55,415 nt of DNA from a candidate division WOR-3 bacterium (lineage in GTDB: Bacteria; Hydrothermota; UBA3072; B12-G15), in NCBI GenBank assembly GCA_965649055.1, contig CBFGJG010000010.1, positions 1 to 55,415 on the forward strand, given 5' to 3'. Position numbers and translations under genes: made by a program. Shown here one piece after another: positions 22,793 through 33,574 of the stretch (position 1 is its first letter; each line of letters begins with the position of its first letter). The notes beneath the pieces are model-generated. The model saw only the letters and a program-made list of their open reading frames with translations, searched no databases and was not told where the DNA came from.

Positions 22793-24393
22793 AAGAATTA
22801 AAATTTCATATTATTTTTATATTTTTAATTTTATCATTTTCAATGATAGGTCTTATAGGTATAAAATGGGGACTGCCACAGAAAAACCAGATACAGCAAT
22901 CATTCCATCCTGATGAGACACCAAACCTTGAATCATCAATATCAATCTTAAAATCAGGGAAATTCCTTTATCCCGGTGAATGGGCTTTTATGCCGGGAAC
23001 AATGCAACATTATATTGTTGCAATTGCTTATATCATTTTTTCAAAATTTAAACCTTTAAGGTTATACACTGTTCAGCAACATCTTGATATGTTTAAGGAA
23101 GGAAGATTAACTTTCAATGCAACAACGAATATAAGATGGCTCACATTGATACCAAGATATGTTACATTCTTTATGTTTCTTGTTTCTGCTATAACCTTAT
23201 ATTTTATAGGTATTTTTTTAACTGGCAGCAAATTTCGTTCATTTTTATACTCAATGTTTTTTATCTCTTTACCAACGATTATAATTAATGCACAGTATTT
23301 CAAAAAAGATATACCTGCGTTATTCTGGATACTTTTTTCATTACTTTTCATGATTTTATGGGATAAAAAAAACAAATATTTATTCCTTTCATTATCCGGT
23401 CTTTTTGCAGGATTTGCAACAGCGACCAAATACAACAGTGTCTTTATTATTATCGCATTTTTCTCTTTAATCATATTAAACAAGAGATACCATTATAAAA
23501 ACTTTCTATTTTTCTTTTTACCATTCATAATTGGCTTTATCATAGGATGTCCAGGTTCTATACTTTATACAAAAAGTTTTATTAATGGTATAAAGAAACA
23601 ATTTTTAACAAAGGAATCGAGGAGTATTTATAACAGATTGGGAGTTGGACACTGGAGTATAAACTACCTCACATGGGTTGGAAGATACGCATTAGGACTT
23701 CCAATCGTTATATTAATACCTTTTGTATTTATTTACGGAATTATATCAAAAAATAAATATCATAAGGTTTTTCTGATTACAGCCATATCTTATTACTTAA
23801 TTATTACAATGTCTTCAGGTAGATTCTTCAGATATCTTGTTCCATTATCACCATTCATTATTTTTATGATTGTTGATCTTATCTTCTATCTTTTTGATTT
23901 TTCAAAGAAGAAAAAGTATAGGTTTTTAAGATATGTAGTTCCTACGGTATCTGTATTTATTTTTATGTATACTACAATCCTAACATTATCTTACTGCAAT
24001 CTTAAAGCGAATGATAGAATCCCAAATCAGTATACTGAATTTTTATGCACAAGGATTCCTCCAGGTTCAAAGATAGGTGTGTATCATCACCCTGCTTTCT
24101 TCTTACAGCCCTGTGCAAATTTTCAGGTTTATTCAAATCTTGTGAAAAAACCCGAAGAACTTCCAAATGTTCAGTATATTGTTGTTCCTGATATGTTCAG
24201 TTGGAAGTACTATCTTTATCCTGATATATTCAGGGGTTGGTATAGAGAGTTAAAATTTATTGAATATAATTTTATTCTTTTGAAGACACTTGAAACAGAA
24301 AGAAGGTTATTATTCTTCAAATTCAAGAAAGGAACACCACCCGAAGATATACTATATTTCTATCAAACAGTAAAGATATATATGAGAAAATAA
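22789..24393 (+). CDS. GT-C fold membrane glycosyltransferase (ArnT/PMT-like)
   Basis: FHPDE motif after TM1, ATKYN, many TM helices, RYLVP. Confidence 0.8.
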   Translation: MKELKFHIIFIFLILSFSMIGLIGIKWGLPQKNQIQQSFHPDETPNLESSISILKSGKFLYPGEWAFMPGTMQHYIVAIAYIIFSKFKPLRLYTVQQHLDMFKEGRLTFNATTNIRWLTLIPRYVTFFMFLVSAITLYFIGIFLTGSKFRSFLYSMFFISLPTIIINAQYFKKDIPALFWILFSLLFMILWDKKNKYLFLSLSGLFAGFATATKYNSVFIIIAFFSLIILNKRYHYKNFLFFFLPFIIGFIIGCPGSILYTKSFINGIKKQFLTKESRSIYNRLGVGHWSINYLTWVGRYALGLPIVILIPFVFIYGIISKNKYHKVFLITAISYYLIITMSSGRFFRYLVPLSPFIIFMIVDLIFYLFDFSKKKKYRFLRYVVPTVSVFIFMYTTILTLSYCNLKANDRIPNQYTEFLCTRIPPGSKIGVYHHPAFFLQPCANFQVYSNLVKKPEELPNVQYIVVPDMFSWKYYLYPDIFRGWYRELKFIEYNFILLKTLETERRLLFFKFKKGTPPEDILYFYQTVKIYMRK

Positions 24394-25635
24394 ATGGCAG
24401 GGGTAAGAAAGGGTTTTATATTAAGTCTTTCAGGGCAGATAGTAGCAGCATTATTCATATTCCTTTTCCAGACATTATCAGGAAGGTATCTCTCTGTTGA
24501 AGAATTTGGTCTTTTAAGAATCCTTTACGACCTTATTTTATCGTTCACTGCAATAATTAATACAGGTCCAAGGGATGTATTAATAAGGAATATAACATAT
24601 TATGAAGGGAAAAAAGACCTGAAAAAGATTAGATTCGTTAATAGGAATGTTTTTTTGTTCTTTTCCTTATTCATTTTTATCTTTCTTATCTTAATCTTAT
24701 CTTTCAATTCCTTTTTTATTAGATTCCTTGACAATTCATGCATATTATTTTTATCCTTTATATTTGGAACTATAAACCTATCTTTATTCTATCTTCTCCT
24801 TGCTTATACGGAAGCAAAAAGGGAGTTTAAATATTACAGTATCCTGAATATCATCTATGGAATTTCTTTATTTTCTTTTATTCTTTATAGATACAATTTT
24901 AATTTTTATAGTTTGGTCTTATCATTTTCACCTTTAGTTCCGTTTTTATTCTGCATTTATTATATAAATAAATTTGGCTGGTTAGAAATAAAAGGAGAAA
25001 GAGAGATTGTAAAGAATCTTCATCATCAGTTTTTCACATTATCATTAATAAATTTCTTTGATACATTCATTTTTAGAGCAGGGAGTTTCATCATTAAATT
25101 TTCTGGAGGAAATTTAGCAAACAGGATAGCAGGTGAATTTAACTATGTTTTTGCTCCTTTATCAGTATTACGTGTTGTTATGTTGGCTTTTTTTGTTGGT
25201 TTCTTCCCTTATCTTTCAAAGGCGATTGGTGAAGGTGATGAGAAACTTTCAAAAAAATATATAATTAATGGTTTTCTTTTTATATTATCTGTATGTTCCA
25301 TATTCACCGTCTTTTTTTATCTGACCGGCGATATTGTTTTAAAAATTCTTTATGGTAAACCTTCCAATGTAGGGAAGATTGATTTTCTTCTAATATCAAT
25401 ATTTATTTCACTTATTATACTTGGCAGGATGGGTAACAGAATCTTACTTGCCCAGGATAGGAATCTTATCTCACTGTTTGCAATGATATTAAGCGTTATA
25501 TCACTTCCAACAATACCCTTTTTGCTTAAAAATATGAATATTCTTCTAATGACAGAAATAACACTTATTGTAAGTGGAATTATATATTCAGGTTTCCAGT
25601 CTCTTTTTATCTTTGTTTTTAACAAAAAATCCTGA
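24394..25635 (+). CDS. Wzx/MOP-family oligosaccharide flippase
   Basis: Many TM helices; RYLSVEEFG after TM1; FFPYLSK. Confidence 0.75.
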   Translation: MAGVRKGFILSLSGQIVAALFIFLFQTLSGRYLSVEEFGLLRILYDLILSFTAIINTGPRDVLIRNITYYEGKKDLKKIRFVNRNVFLFFSLFIFIFLILILSFNSFFIRFLDNSCILFLSFIFGTINLSLFYLLLAYTEAKREFKYYSILNIIYGISLFSFILYRYNFNFYSLVLSFSPLVPFLFCIYYINKFGWLEIKGEREIVKNLHHQFFTLSLINFFDTFIFRAGSFIIKFSGGNLANRIAGEFNYVFAPLSVLRVVMLAFFVGFFPYLSKAIGEGDEKLSKKYIINGFLFILSVCSIFTVFFYLTGDIVLKILYGKPSNVGKIDFLLISIFISLIILGRMGNRILLAQDRNLISLFAMILSVISLPTIPFLLKNMNILLMTEITLIVSGIIYSGFQSLFIFVFNKKS

Positions 25636-27966
25636 TATAAAAATCAAATATCCTATAGCTGTCAAAATGGTTCCAATCCTCTCAGCACTTGAATTATAAA
25701 CCATCTTCACATTATGTTTACCCGATTTCAATTCAACACCCCTGAAAAGATAGTTTACACGAAGTAGTTTTTCTTTTTTACCATCAACATAAACATTCCA
25801 TGAAGGATGCCAGTTTTCTGAGAATATAAGGATTCCGGGTATATCATTCTCAACATTTACTTCAATGATATTGGGTAGAAATTTCAAAACATCTATTTTA
25901 TATAAAGGTTTTTTATTCATTCTTTCATAATTGGGTTTTTCAAAAACGAATACAGAATCGTTAAATGAGAATTCAAGGTCTGAGATTCTCTCAAGCATTT
26001 TTTCTTCGTCTTTCTCTACTGTATAGTTATGTGTAAAATAAATCCTTTCGCAGGTATATGGATTGTTATAAATAGTATATCTTTGAGTCCTATAGACAAT
26101 TTCGTATCTTGAGAAAAACTGGGCAATATAAAGGATCTGTTGCTTTATATCATCAAGATACATTGAGATATCATCAGGTAATGTATAATCTATTATGTAT
26201 TTTACATTAAGCATATCTATCAATTTTGGGTATCTCATAAGCCTTGTTGGTGTAAACATAACAGACTTTCCAGCACCTATATAGTTCTGATATATTCTTA
26301 ATGGATTTGGACCATATCCACCAATATTATAGATGTTATATTTATGGAGTATTCCATCATTCGACCTTTCATATCTCAATGGGAATACCCTGTATATTGA
26401 TTTATCGTTCTGTAAGAACTGGACAACTTCGTCTGGTTTATAAAATTCTTTTTCTGATTCCATAGTTTTCGCAAACTTTAAATTTACAGGTAGAAGCTCT
26501 ATAAGGATTAGAATCACAAATGGAGTTATAATATAATATTCTTTTATCTTCTTGTTATCCTTAAAAATTATAAGTAAAGAATAAATAACTGAAAAAACAG
26601 ACGAAAGAAAGAAACCTGACAATAAGAGATTATAATTCTTATCAATATTTCTTATTTTTTCCATTATAATATCACTCGTGTATGATTTTCTTAATGAAGA
26701 TGATATGAAATCTGATAATAAGTTTACAATTGGGGTCTTAAAGATTAAAAATATAAAAGTTAAAGCAAAAAGGATTCCCGAGAAATAAAAAAGGTACTTT
26801 TTACGTTTTTTTGGATTGAATCTATCAAGGAATAAAGCACCTATAAAGCACATTGAGAAAATAACCTGATAAAATATAAGATTAGGTGCCCTGAATTTTT
26901 TAATTCCCGGGATTAAATAATAAAATATAAAGAAAAAAATGGTATGTCCACCCCATGAGAATATCAATGTGATTATAAAAAGATAGAAGAAGAATCTAAA
27001 ATAAGGTTCTTTTCTTAGATATATTATACCACCTATAAAAAGCAATACCAAAAGGATACTGCTGAACTCAGTATGGAGCTTGAAATAATTCCTTCCCCAG
27101 TAATTATCAAGTATACCTGAAAAATAAGGGTTTATAAGTGTCATTGTCTCTTCGGGTGGCATTGACCATGATGTTGAAAATTCATATCCTCTTGTTTCAC
27201 CCCTTGCACCATAGGGAAGATTTTTATAAACAGGGAATATATAAACAGAATACATAAGGATAGGGATAATAATTGTAATAGCAAGATACAAAATTATCTT
27301 TGGTATATCTTTCTTTATTTCATTTCTTTTCGAAACAATGTAATAGATTATAAAACCAAGGAAAGTATAGAACATATAATAAGTCATTTGGAAATGACCG
27401 AGTAATAACGCTATTCCTGCTGTCCCACCTGCAAGAATAAAATATCTGATATTTTTTGTTTTTAACCCTCTAAGCAAAAGGTAAAATATCAAAGGGAATA
27501 TCTCAAAACTTGTCATCCTTGCTAAATGTCCTGAATATATTGTTGACAATGGGAAAGAAGAAAATCCATAAATAATGCTAATAATTATTCTTACATAAAA
27601 TTTAAATCCTATTTCTTTCAAAAATAAATACATACCAAATAATCCAATAGTGATAACAATGGTAAAAGAGATTGTAAATGCTTTCTGGACCGGGATAAAT
27701 AATTTTAACAATGTTGAAGGTGCCATAACTTCAGCAAAGAATGAACCTATTGTAGGATATCCACAAAAGATAAACGGGTCCCAGTATGAAAAAGATTTGA
27801 AAATCTTTAAATGATTTATCATCCACTCCTGACTTGTCAAACCTCCCAGAAGCCAATCACTTGCATAAAACATCCTATCTGGAAAGATGAAACGGGACAT
27901 ATAAATAAATGAAAACAAAAAAAATGATAAAAACACATATAAATCAATATATTTTTTATCTTTCAT
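25588..27966 (-). CDS. YfhO-family GT-C membrane protein
   Basis: WDPFIFCGYP, GHFQMTYY, FRAP, SENWHPSWNVYVDG..LLRVNYLFRGV C-terminal domain. Confidence 0.85.
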   Translation of the reverse strand: MKDKKYIDLYVFLSFFLFSFIYMSRFIFPDRMFYASDWLLGGLTSQEWMINHLKIFKSFSYWDPFIFCGYPTIGSFFAEVMAPSTLLKLFIPVQKAFTISFTIVITIGLFGMYLFLKEIGFKFYVRIIISIIYGFSSFPLSTIYSGHLARMTSFEIFPLIFYLLLRGLKTKNIRYFILAGGTAGIALLLGHFQMTYYMFYTFLGFIIYYIVSKRNEIKKDIPKIILYLAITIIIPILMYSVYIFPVYKNLPYGARGETRGYEFSTSWSMPPEETMTLINPYFSGILDNYWGRNYFKLHTEFSSILLVLLFIGGIIYLRKEPYFRFFFYLFIITLIFSWGGHTIFFFIFYYLIPGIKKFRAPNLIFYQVIFSMCFIGALFLDRFNPKKRKKYLFYFSGILFALTFIFLIFKTPIVNLLSDFISSSLRKSYTSDIIMEKIRNIDKNYNLLLSGFFLSSVFSVIYSLLIIFKDNKKIKEYYIITPFVILILIELLPVNLKFAKTMESEKEFYKPDEVVQFLQNDKSIYRVFPLRYERSNDGILHKYNIYNIGGYGPNPLRIYQNYIGAGKSVMFTPTRLMRYPKLIDMLNVKYIIDYTLPDDISMYLDDIKQQILYIAQFFSRYEIVYRTQRYTIYNNPYTCERIYFTHNYTVEKDEEKMLERISDLEFSFNDSVFVFEKPNYERMNKKPLYKIDVLKFLPNIIEVNVENDIPGILIFSENWHPSWNVYVDGKKEKLLRVNYLFRGVELKSGKHNVKMVYNSSAERIGTILTAIGYLIFISGFFVKNKDKKRLET

Positions 27967-28038
27967 ATATCCTCCATTTTTAGTATCGTAAATTTTTTTA
28001 AAAAATTGTCAATATTTTTCAGTTAATAAACAAAACTA

Positions 28039-28066
28039 TTTACAAATATTTTTGTTTTAATATAAT
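28039..28066 (+). promoter_or_regulatory. sigma70-type promoter, probably leaderless
   Basis: TTTACA-16-TATAAT, ATG 7 nt downstream, no SD. Confidence 0.6.
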
Positions 28067-28073
28067 TTAACTA

Positions 28074-28793
28074 ATGTTTGATATAAGGAAATTTTTTATT
28101 CCAAAAGAATTCAAGGATTTAGATGTTAAAATTGAAAATTTTAATTTGTCGTATATTCTTCCAAGAAACGATATTATCAAGATAATAAAAGAATTTAAAT
28201 CACCACAGAAAGTCCTTGATGTTGGTTGCAGTGTTGGAATTCTGGGTAATGAGATAAAAAAAATTTTTAAAAATTGCGAGGTTTATGGAATTGAATTAAA
28301 CAACGAAATGGCAAACATTGCAAAAAGATTTCTTGACAAAGTTATTGTTGGTGATGTAGAAAATTTAAATTTAGATAAGTATTTTAAAGAGGAATATTTT
28401 GATATAATTATTTTCGCAGATTTACTTGAACATATAAAAAATCCTTGGAAACTATTAAAAGAATATAAAAGATTTTTAAAAAAAGATGGAATTATTGTTG
28501 CAAGCATCCCAAATATAAGGCATTATTCAACTATATTTTCACTTGTTTTCTTAAATTATTGGCCTTATAGAACACGTGGCATACATGACTTTACACATTT
28601 AAGGTTTTTCACTATTAGAAATATAAAATTTTTATTTGAAGAAGCCGGGTTTAAAATTATAAAGATAATTAGAAAATATAGAATCATTGAAGCACCTAAC
28701 ATTCTAAATGTTTTTTCAAGGCTTTTTGTTATTCCGGGTCTTGAAGATTTTCTAACTTTTCAATTTCTTGTTGTTGCAAAAAAGATTATTTAA
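28074..28793 (+). CDS. Class I SAM-dependent methyltransferase (type often found in glycan loci)
   Basis: VLDVGCSVG, DLLEH, ASIPN, THLRFFT. Confidence 0.88.
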   Translation: MFDIRKFFIPKEFKDLDVKIENFNLSYILPRNDIIKIIKEFKSPQKVLDVGCSVGILGNEIKKIFKNCEVYGIELNNEMANIAKRFLDKVIVGDVENLNLDKYFKEEYFDIIIFADLLEHIKNPWKLLKEYKRFLKKDGIIVASIPNIRHYSTIFSLVFLNYWPYRTRGIHDFTHLRFFTIRNIKFLFEEAGFKIIKIIRKYRIIEAPNILNVFSRLFVIPGLEDFLTFQFLVVAKKII

Positions 28794-28855
28794 ACTAATT
28801 TTTCTTGACATTTCTTTTAAGACCTGTATTTTATAGTAAAAAATGGAGGTGGTTT

Positions 28856-29320
28856 GTGAAAAGGACAATGATTTTTTTAATTACATTATTTTTTTTAACA
28901 GGATGTAAGGAGAAGAAAGAAGGTGGTAAATTTACACCACCAAGGGATGGACTTATTAGAAAAGAAATGGCAGATAGATACATAAAGGTATCTGTTGAGT
29001 TTGAAAAGGTTTTAAAATTACAGAGTGAAAAGATAAGTGAATTTAAAAAGAAATATAAGTTATCAGAAAACCTTGAAGAACTTTACAAGGCAGAATTCAG
29101 GCAGAAGAATCCTGATATAGTTAAAGAATGGGATGAGATAAATGCAATGTGGAATAATGCAGAAGATTCCATTTATAAATTGTATGGTTCTTCTGACGAA
29201 GAATTTACCTGGATAGCAAGCGCATTAATAAATCCAAAAAATAAACCAATGCAGGAATACATACAGAGAAGGATTACCGAGCTAACCAGGGAAGAAGCAA
29301 AAATAGAAGAACAGAAATAG
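28856..29320 (+). CDS. Hypothetical lipoprotein
   Basis: GTG start after GGAGGTGG; MKRTMIFLITLFFLTGC lipobox; the track's TTG at 28805 is part of a TTGACA -35 box. Confidence 0.7.
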   Translation: MKRTMIFLITLFFLTGCKEKKEGGKFTPPRDGLIRKEMADRYIKVSVEFEKVLKLQSEKISEFKKKYKLSENLEELYKAEFRQKNPDIVKEWDEINAMWNNAEDSIYKLYGSSDEEFTWIASALINPKNKPMQEYIQRRITELTREEAKIEEQK

Positions 29321-30020
29321 TCCACAAATAATAACTGAAGAACCTTAATTTTTTTAACTGAATTACCTTAGAAAAAACATAAAGAGCAATAAGACCAGAG
29401 AGAAATGAGAAAATAGTTCCAGTAATCAGTGGTAGGATATTTCCTATGTTGTTGATATCCTTTAATTCAAGTATAAAAGCACCTGTTAATGCAGGAATAG
29501 AAAGAATAAAAGAGAATTCAAATGCAAGTTGCCTTGATAAACCTGACAGTAAACCTGTAGAAGTGGTCCATCCTGACCTTGATATTCCCGGGAGTAATGC
29601 AAACCCCTGTGCTAAACCGATTAATAAAGCGTCCTTTATTCTCAATTCATTTTTTCTTTCTTTATATCTCGTTTCACTTATAAAAAGATAAATGCCTGTT
29701 AGGATAAATGCAGGAATAACGAAAAAAATAGAATTAAATGCCTTTTCAACATAATCCTTAAAAAGAATCCCAAGGAGACCTGCTGGTATAGTTCCTATAA
29801 CAATAAACAATAGATTCCTTGGTTTTAAATAATTTAAGATTCTTTTATTAAAAAATACGATAATTGAAAGCAATGTTCCAAAATGAAGAAAAACTTCAAG
29901 AGCAATCCCTTTCTCCTCAAAATTTAATAAATATTTTAAGACAACAAGATGTCCTGAACTTGATACTGGCAGGAATTCTGTGATTCCCTGGAATATACCC
30001 ATTATTATACATTTTAGCAT
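29274..30020 (-). CDS. uppP: Undecaprenyl-diphosphate phosphatase
   Basis: QGITEFLPVSSSGH, PGISRSG, FSFILSIP. Confidence 0.95.
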   Translation of the reverse strand: MLKCIIMGIFQGITEFLPVSSSGHLVVLKYLLNFEEKGIALEVFLHFGTLLSIIVFFNKRILNYLKPRNLLFIVIGTIPAGLLGILFKDYVEKAFNSIFFVIPAFILTGIYLFISETRYKERKNELRIKDALLIGLAQGFALLPGISRSGWTTSTGLLSGLSRQLAFEFSFILSIPALTGAFILELKDINNIGNILPLITGTIFSFLSGLIALYVFSKVIQLKKLRFFSYYLWTISVLLFLLLPWLAR

Positions 30021-30817
30021 TTTATACCTCCTGATATTAGGACAATAAGCCCTGTTAACATTAATTTCTTTAGTGATTTTTCAAGATAAGATGCCTTTAA
30101 TCTATTATCTTTTTTCTTCCGGGAATTTATTAAAAAATAAATTAGTGGTAAATGGAACAGGGAAATCATCGTTATCTTGAAATAAAGATTGAAATAAAAA
30201 AGTGAAAAAATTGTTATAATAAACAAAATAGCTATTAGAATGTATGAAAAAATTAATGTTTTTTCTTCACCCAAAACTACGGGTAATGTCTTAAGACCTT
30301 CTTTCTTATCACCTTCAATATCTTCTAAATCTTTCAAAATCTCCCTTGGTAGATGCAGAAAAAATGCGAATAAAAAAGGAAATATATTTGATTCTATTCT
30401 GCCAGCAGTTAATCCACCAAGTATGAATGTGAAACCGGATATAGCAGAGATGATTAAATTACCAAAGAAAAAATACGGTTTTAAAAATGGTGTGTAAATA
30501 ATCAAAATTACTGTTGCGGTTATTGTTATAAAAAAGTAAAAAATACCCGAAAAGAGGGAAAGAGTATTACTAAAAAAAAACAAAGATAAAGAAATCATTA
30601 AAAAATTTTTTCTTCCTAATCTATACAACAATTTCTGTCTTTGTGGTCTATTCACTTTATCAATTTCAATATCAAAATAATCATTTATCATATTACCTGC
30701 AATAACACAGAAGAAAACAACAATAGACATTATTATTGAATCTTTATTTATATCACCTGAGAGAAATGCACCTACAAGGACACAAAGAAGAGCTATGAGA
30801 CCATTAAGAATCCTCAT
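30014..30817 (-). CDS. UbiA-family prenyltransferase, DGGGP-synthase-like
   Basis: GNMINDYFDIEIDKVNRP and REILKDLEDIEGD..G.KTLP Asp-rich motifs. Confidence 0.8.
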   Translation of the reverse strand: MRILNGLIALLCVLVGAFLSGDINKDSIIMSIVVFFCVIAGNMINDYFDIEIDKVNRPQRQKLLYRLGRKNFLMISLSLFFFSNTLSLFSGIFYFFITITATVILIIYTPFLKPYFFFGNLIISAISGFTFILGGLTAGRIESNIFPFLFAFFLHLPREILKDLEDIEGDKKEGLKTLPVVLGEEKTLIFSYILIAILFIITIFSLFYFNLYFKITMISLFHLPLIYFLINSRKKKDNRLKASYLEKSLKKLMLTGLIVLISGGIKC

Positions 30818-32781
30818 TATTTAACGATTGAACCTGTTTTTATATCCTTATCAGGTGAAAGTAAACTTATAATTTCACCATCACTTGCTGCAAGAAGCAT
30901 TCCATTTGATTCAACACCTTTGATCTTTGCAGGTTCAAGATTTGTTATAACAACAATCAATCTTCCTAAAAGTTCCTCTTTTTTGTATTGTTTCTTTATT
31001 CCTGCAACTATTGTTCTTTTTTCTTCCCCAATTTCAATAGTAATCTTATAAAGTTTATCCGCACCTTGAATATCTTCAACATCTAATATCTTTGCAACCT
31101 TTAAATCAAGTTTTTTGAATTCTTCATAACTTATTGTATTCATCTTCTCTCCTTTCTCATCTTTTTCATCATTGAATTTTTCATATATTGGTTTTACATC
31201 TCCGATAACCTCTCCACCTTTTATTATATTTTCTGTAATCTCATTCCAACTTCTTAAAGGTCTATTCAACATCTCTTTTGCCTTTCTTGCACCTTCAGGT
31301 ATAAATATCTCGGAAATATCAGCAAGTGCATCTATCAGTATAGTTGAAATATTTATAACTGTATCACATCTATCTTTATCTTGCTTTATTAGTTTCCAGG
31401 GTGCTGATGAATCAAAGTATCTATTCCCTTCAGAAGATAGTTCTATAAAATCTTTTAGTCCATCCCTGAATCTGTAAGAAAATATATTATTTTCAAATGA
31501 TTTTAGAGTCACTTCTATTTTCTTCAGGATTTCATTATCTTTCTCTGATAATTTTTTTGATGAAGGTATTCTACCTGCATAATTTTTCTTTATAAATGAT
31601 AATGTCCTGTTCACAAGATTTCCAAAATTATTTATAAGGTCTGATTCTACCCTTATTTTGAAATCTTCAAATGTAAAGTTCGAATCCTTTGTCTCCGGCA
31701 TTATCAGTGTTATATAAAATCTTAAATAATCAGGGTTGTATTTCCTTGAAATCTCGTCAATCCATACTGCGAGATTCCTGCTCGTTGACATCTTTTCATC
31801 TTTAAAATTCAAGAATTCGTTTGCAGGAACATTATCTGGTAATATAAATTCACCATACCCCATAAGCATTGCAGGCCAGATTAATGTATGGAAGACAATA
31901 TTATCTTTTCCTATGAAATGTATAAGCTTTGTTTCCTTATCCTTCCAGAGTTCTTCCCATAATCTCTCATTCCCGATTTTCCTTGCATATTCAATCGTTG
32001 AAGAGATATAACCTATAGGTGCATCAAACCAGACATATAAAACCTTTCCTTCTGCTTCTTTCAACGGAACAGGAACACCCCAGTTTAAATCCCTTGTTAT
32101 TGGTCTTGGCTTTAACCCTTCATTCAGCCATTTATAAACAGACCTTATAACATTTTCCTTCCAATCTTTTGTCTTTATCCAGTCTTCCAACCTCTTCTGG
32201 AAATCATCAAGTTTCAGATACCAGTGATATGTTGTTCTTATCACAGGTTTATGCCCACATATTTTACATTTAGGTTCTATTAATAATGTTGGTTCAAGCC
32301 ATCTCCCACATTTCTCACACTGGTCACCCCTTGCACCTTCTGATTTACAATAAGGGCATATTCCTTCTATGTATCTATCTGGAAGGAATCTTTTACAATT
32401 CTCGCAATAGAACTGTTCTGTCCTTTTCTTCTCAATATATCCTTTCTCAAGCAACCTTAGGAAGAAATCCTGAGAAAGTTTCCTGTGAATCTCTGTTGTT
32501 GTCCTTGAAAAATTATCAAATTCTATATAGACAGAATCAAATTGACTTTTTATTATTTTATGATACTTATCCACAACGTCCTTGGGTGTAATCCCTTCCT
32601 TCTCTGCTGTTATCGTTATTGGAACACCATTCTCATCTGTTCCGCCAATATGTATAGCAAAAATCCCTTTCTTCTTAAGGAATCTTGTGAATATATCAGC
32701 TGGAAGATAAGCACCAGCAAGATGTCCTATATGTAAAGGGCCATTTGCGTATGGCAATGCAGAAGTTATTAAATATTTCAT
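30817..32781 (-). CDS. metG: Methionine--tRNA ligase with C-terminal tRNA-binding domain
   Basis: ALPYANGPLHIGH, Zn knuckle, YVWFDAPIGY, KMSTS, ESNGMLLAA; start at 32781 gives an ATGA overlap with ricT. Confidence 0.97.
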   Translation of the reverse strand: MKYLITSALPYANGPLHIGHLAGAYLPADIFTRFLKKKGIFAIHIGGTDENGVPITITAEKEGITPKDVVDKYHKIIKSQFDSVYIEFDNFSRTTTEIHRKLSQDFFLRLLEKGYIEKKRTEQFYCENCKRFLPDRYIEGICPYCKSEGARGDQCEKCGRWLEPTLLIEPKCKICGHKPVIRTTYHWYLKLDDFQKRLEDWIKTKDWKENVIRSVYKWLNEGLKPRPITRDLNWGVPVPLKEAEGKVLYVWFDAPIGYISSTIEYARKIGNERLWEELWKDKETKLIHFIGKDNIVFHTLIWPAMLMGYGEFILPDNVPANEFLNFKDEKMSTSRNLAVWIDEISRKYNPDYLRFYITLIMPETKDSNFTFEDFKIRVESDLINNFGNLVNRTLSFIKKNYAGRIPSSKKLSEKDNEILKKIEVTLKSFENNIFSYRFRDGLKDFIELSSEGNRYFDSSAPWKLIKQDKDRCDTVINISTILIDALADISEIFIPEGARKAKEMLNRPLRSWNEITENIIKGGEVIGDVKPIYEKFNDEKDEKGEKMNTISYEEFKKLDLKVAKILDVEDIQGADKLYKITIEIGEEKRTIVAGIKKQYKKEELLGRLIVVITNLEPAKIKGVESNGMLLAASDGEIISLLSPDKDIKTGSIVK

Positions 32782-33572
32782 TTTTTCTTCTGGAATATCC
32801 ACCAAGGTTTTTTGTATTTTATCTGGTTTACATTCAGTGTCTCTTCGGAACCATCTTTGTATTTAACACGGACGTATTGTAGGATAAAGTTTGTGTATAA
32901 AACCTCTGCTTTCCCTTTCTCTGTATCAACTATAGAACCTATCTTTGGTAATGCTTCCGCCATCTCTTTATAAAATTCCTGCTCGTATACAAGGCAACAG
33001 AACAATCTTCCGCAAATACCTGAAATCCTTGAAGCATCTATAACAATATTCTGTTCCCTTGCAGTTTCAAGTTTCACAGAAACCTTGTTATCAAGGAATG
33101 TAGCACAGCAAAGTGGTCTTCCGCAAGGACCAACACCACCAAAATAACTTGCAAAATCCCTTACACCTATCTGTCTTAATTCAATCCTGACCTTATATTT
33201 TCTTGCAAGGTCCTTGACAAGTTCCCTGAAATCAACCCTCTGGTCAGCAAGGAAATAAAATTTTATCTTCCTGCCTTCCCATTCTTTTTCCACACCCACA
33301 AGTTTCATATCAAGCCCTCTTATCTTTACCCTTTCTTCAAAGAACCTTGAACATTCATTCTCTTCTTCTTCAAGTCTTTTAACCTTATCCATTTCTTTAT
33401 CATAAACAGGCCTTAGGACTTTTCCTTCGGGTTCACCTTTCTTTATCTCATCGATAACATTTCCTCTATAAATCTCATCTTCAAATTTACATAGAACCAG
33501 TTCATTTTTCTTCAAAGTATAATTGCATTCTACAGGTCTTGATACAACCTTTAATTTTACTACATAGTTCAA
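32778..33572 (-). CDS. ricT: PSP1-domain Fe-S regulatory subunit RicT (YaaT)
   Basis: RVDFRELVKDLA, RIELRQIGVRD, GPCGRPLCC, SGICGRLFCC; holB-ricT-metG synteny. Confidence 0.9.
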   Translation of the reverse strand: MNYVVKLKVVSRPVECNYTLKKNELVLCKFEDEIYRGNVIDEIKKGEPEGKVLRPVYDKEMDKVKRLEEEENECSRFFEERVKIRGLDMKLVGVEKEWEGRKIKFYFLADQRVDFRELVKDLARKYKVRIELRQIGVRDFASYFGGVGPCGRPLCCATFLDNKVSVKLETAREQNIVIDASRISGICGRLFCCLVYEQEFYKEMAEALPKIGSIVDTEKGKAEVLYTNFILQYVRVKYKDGSEETLNVNQIKYKKPWWIFQKKK

Positions 33573-33574
33573 CT

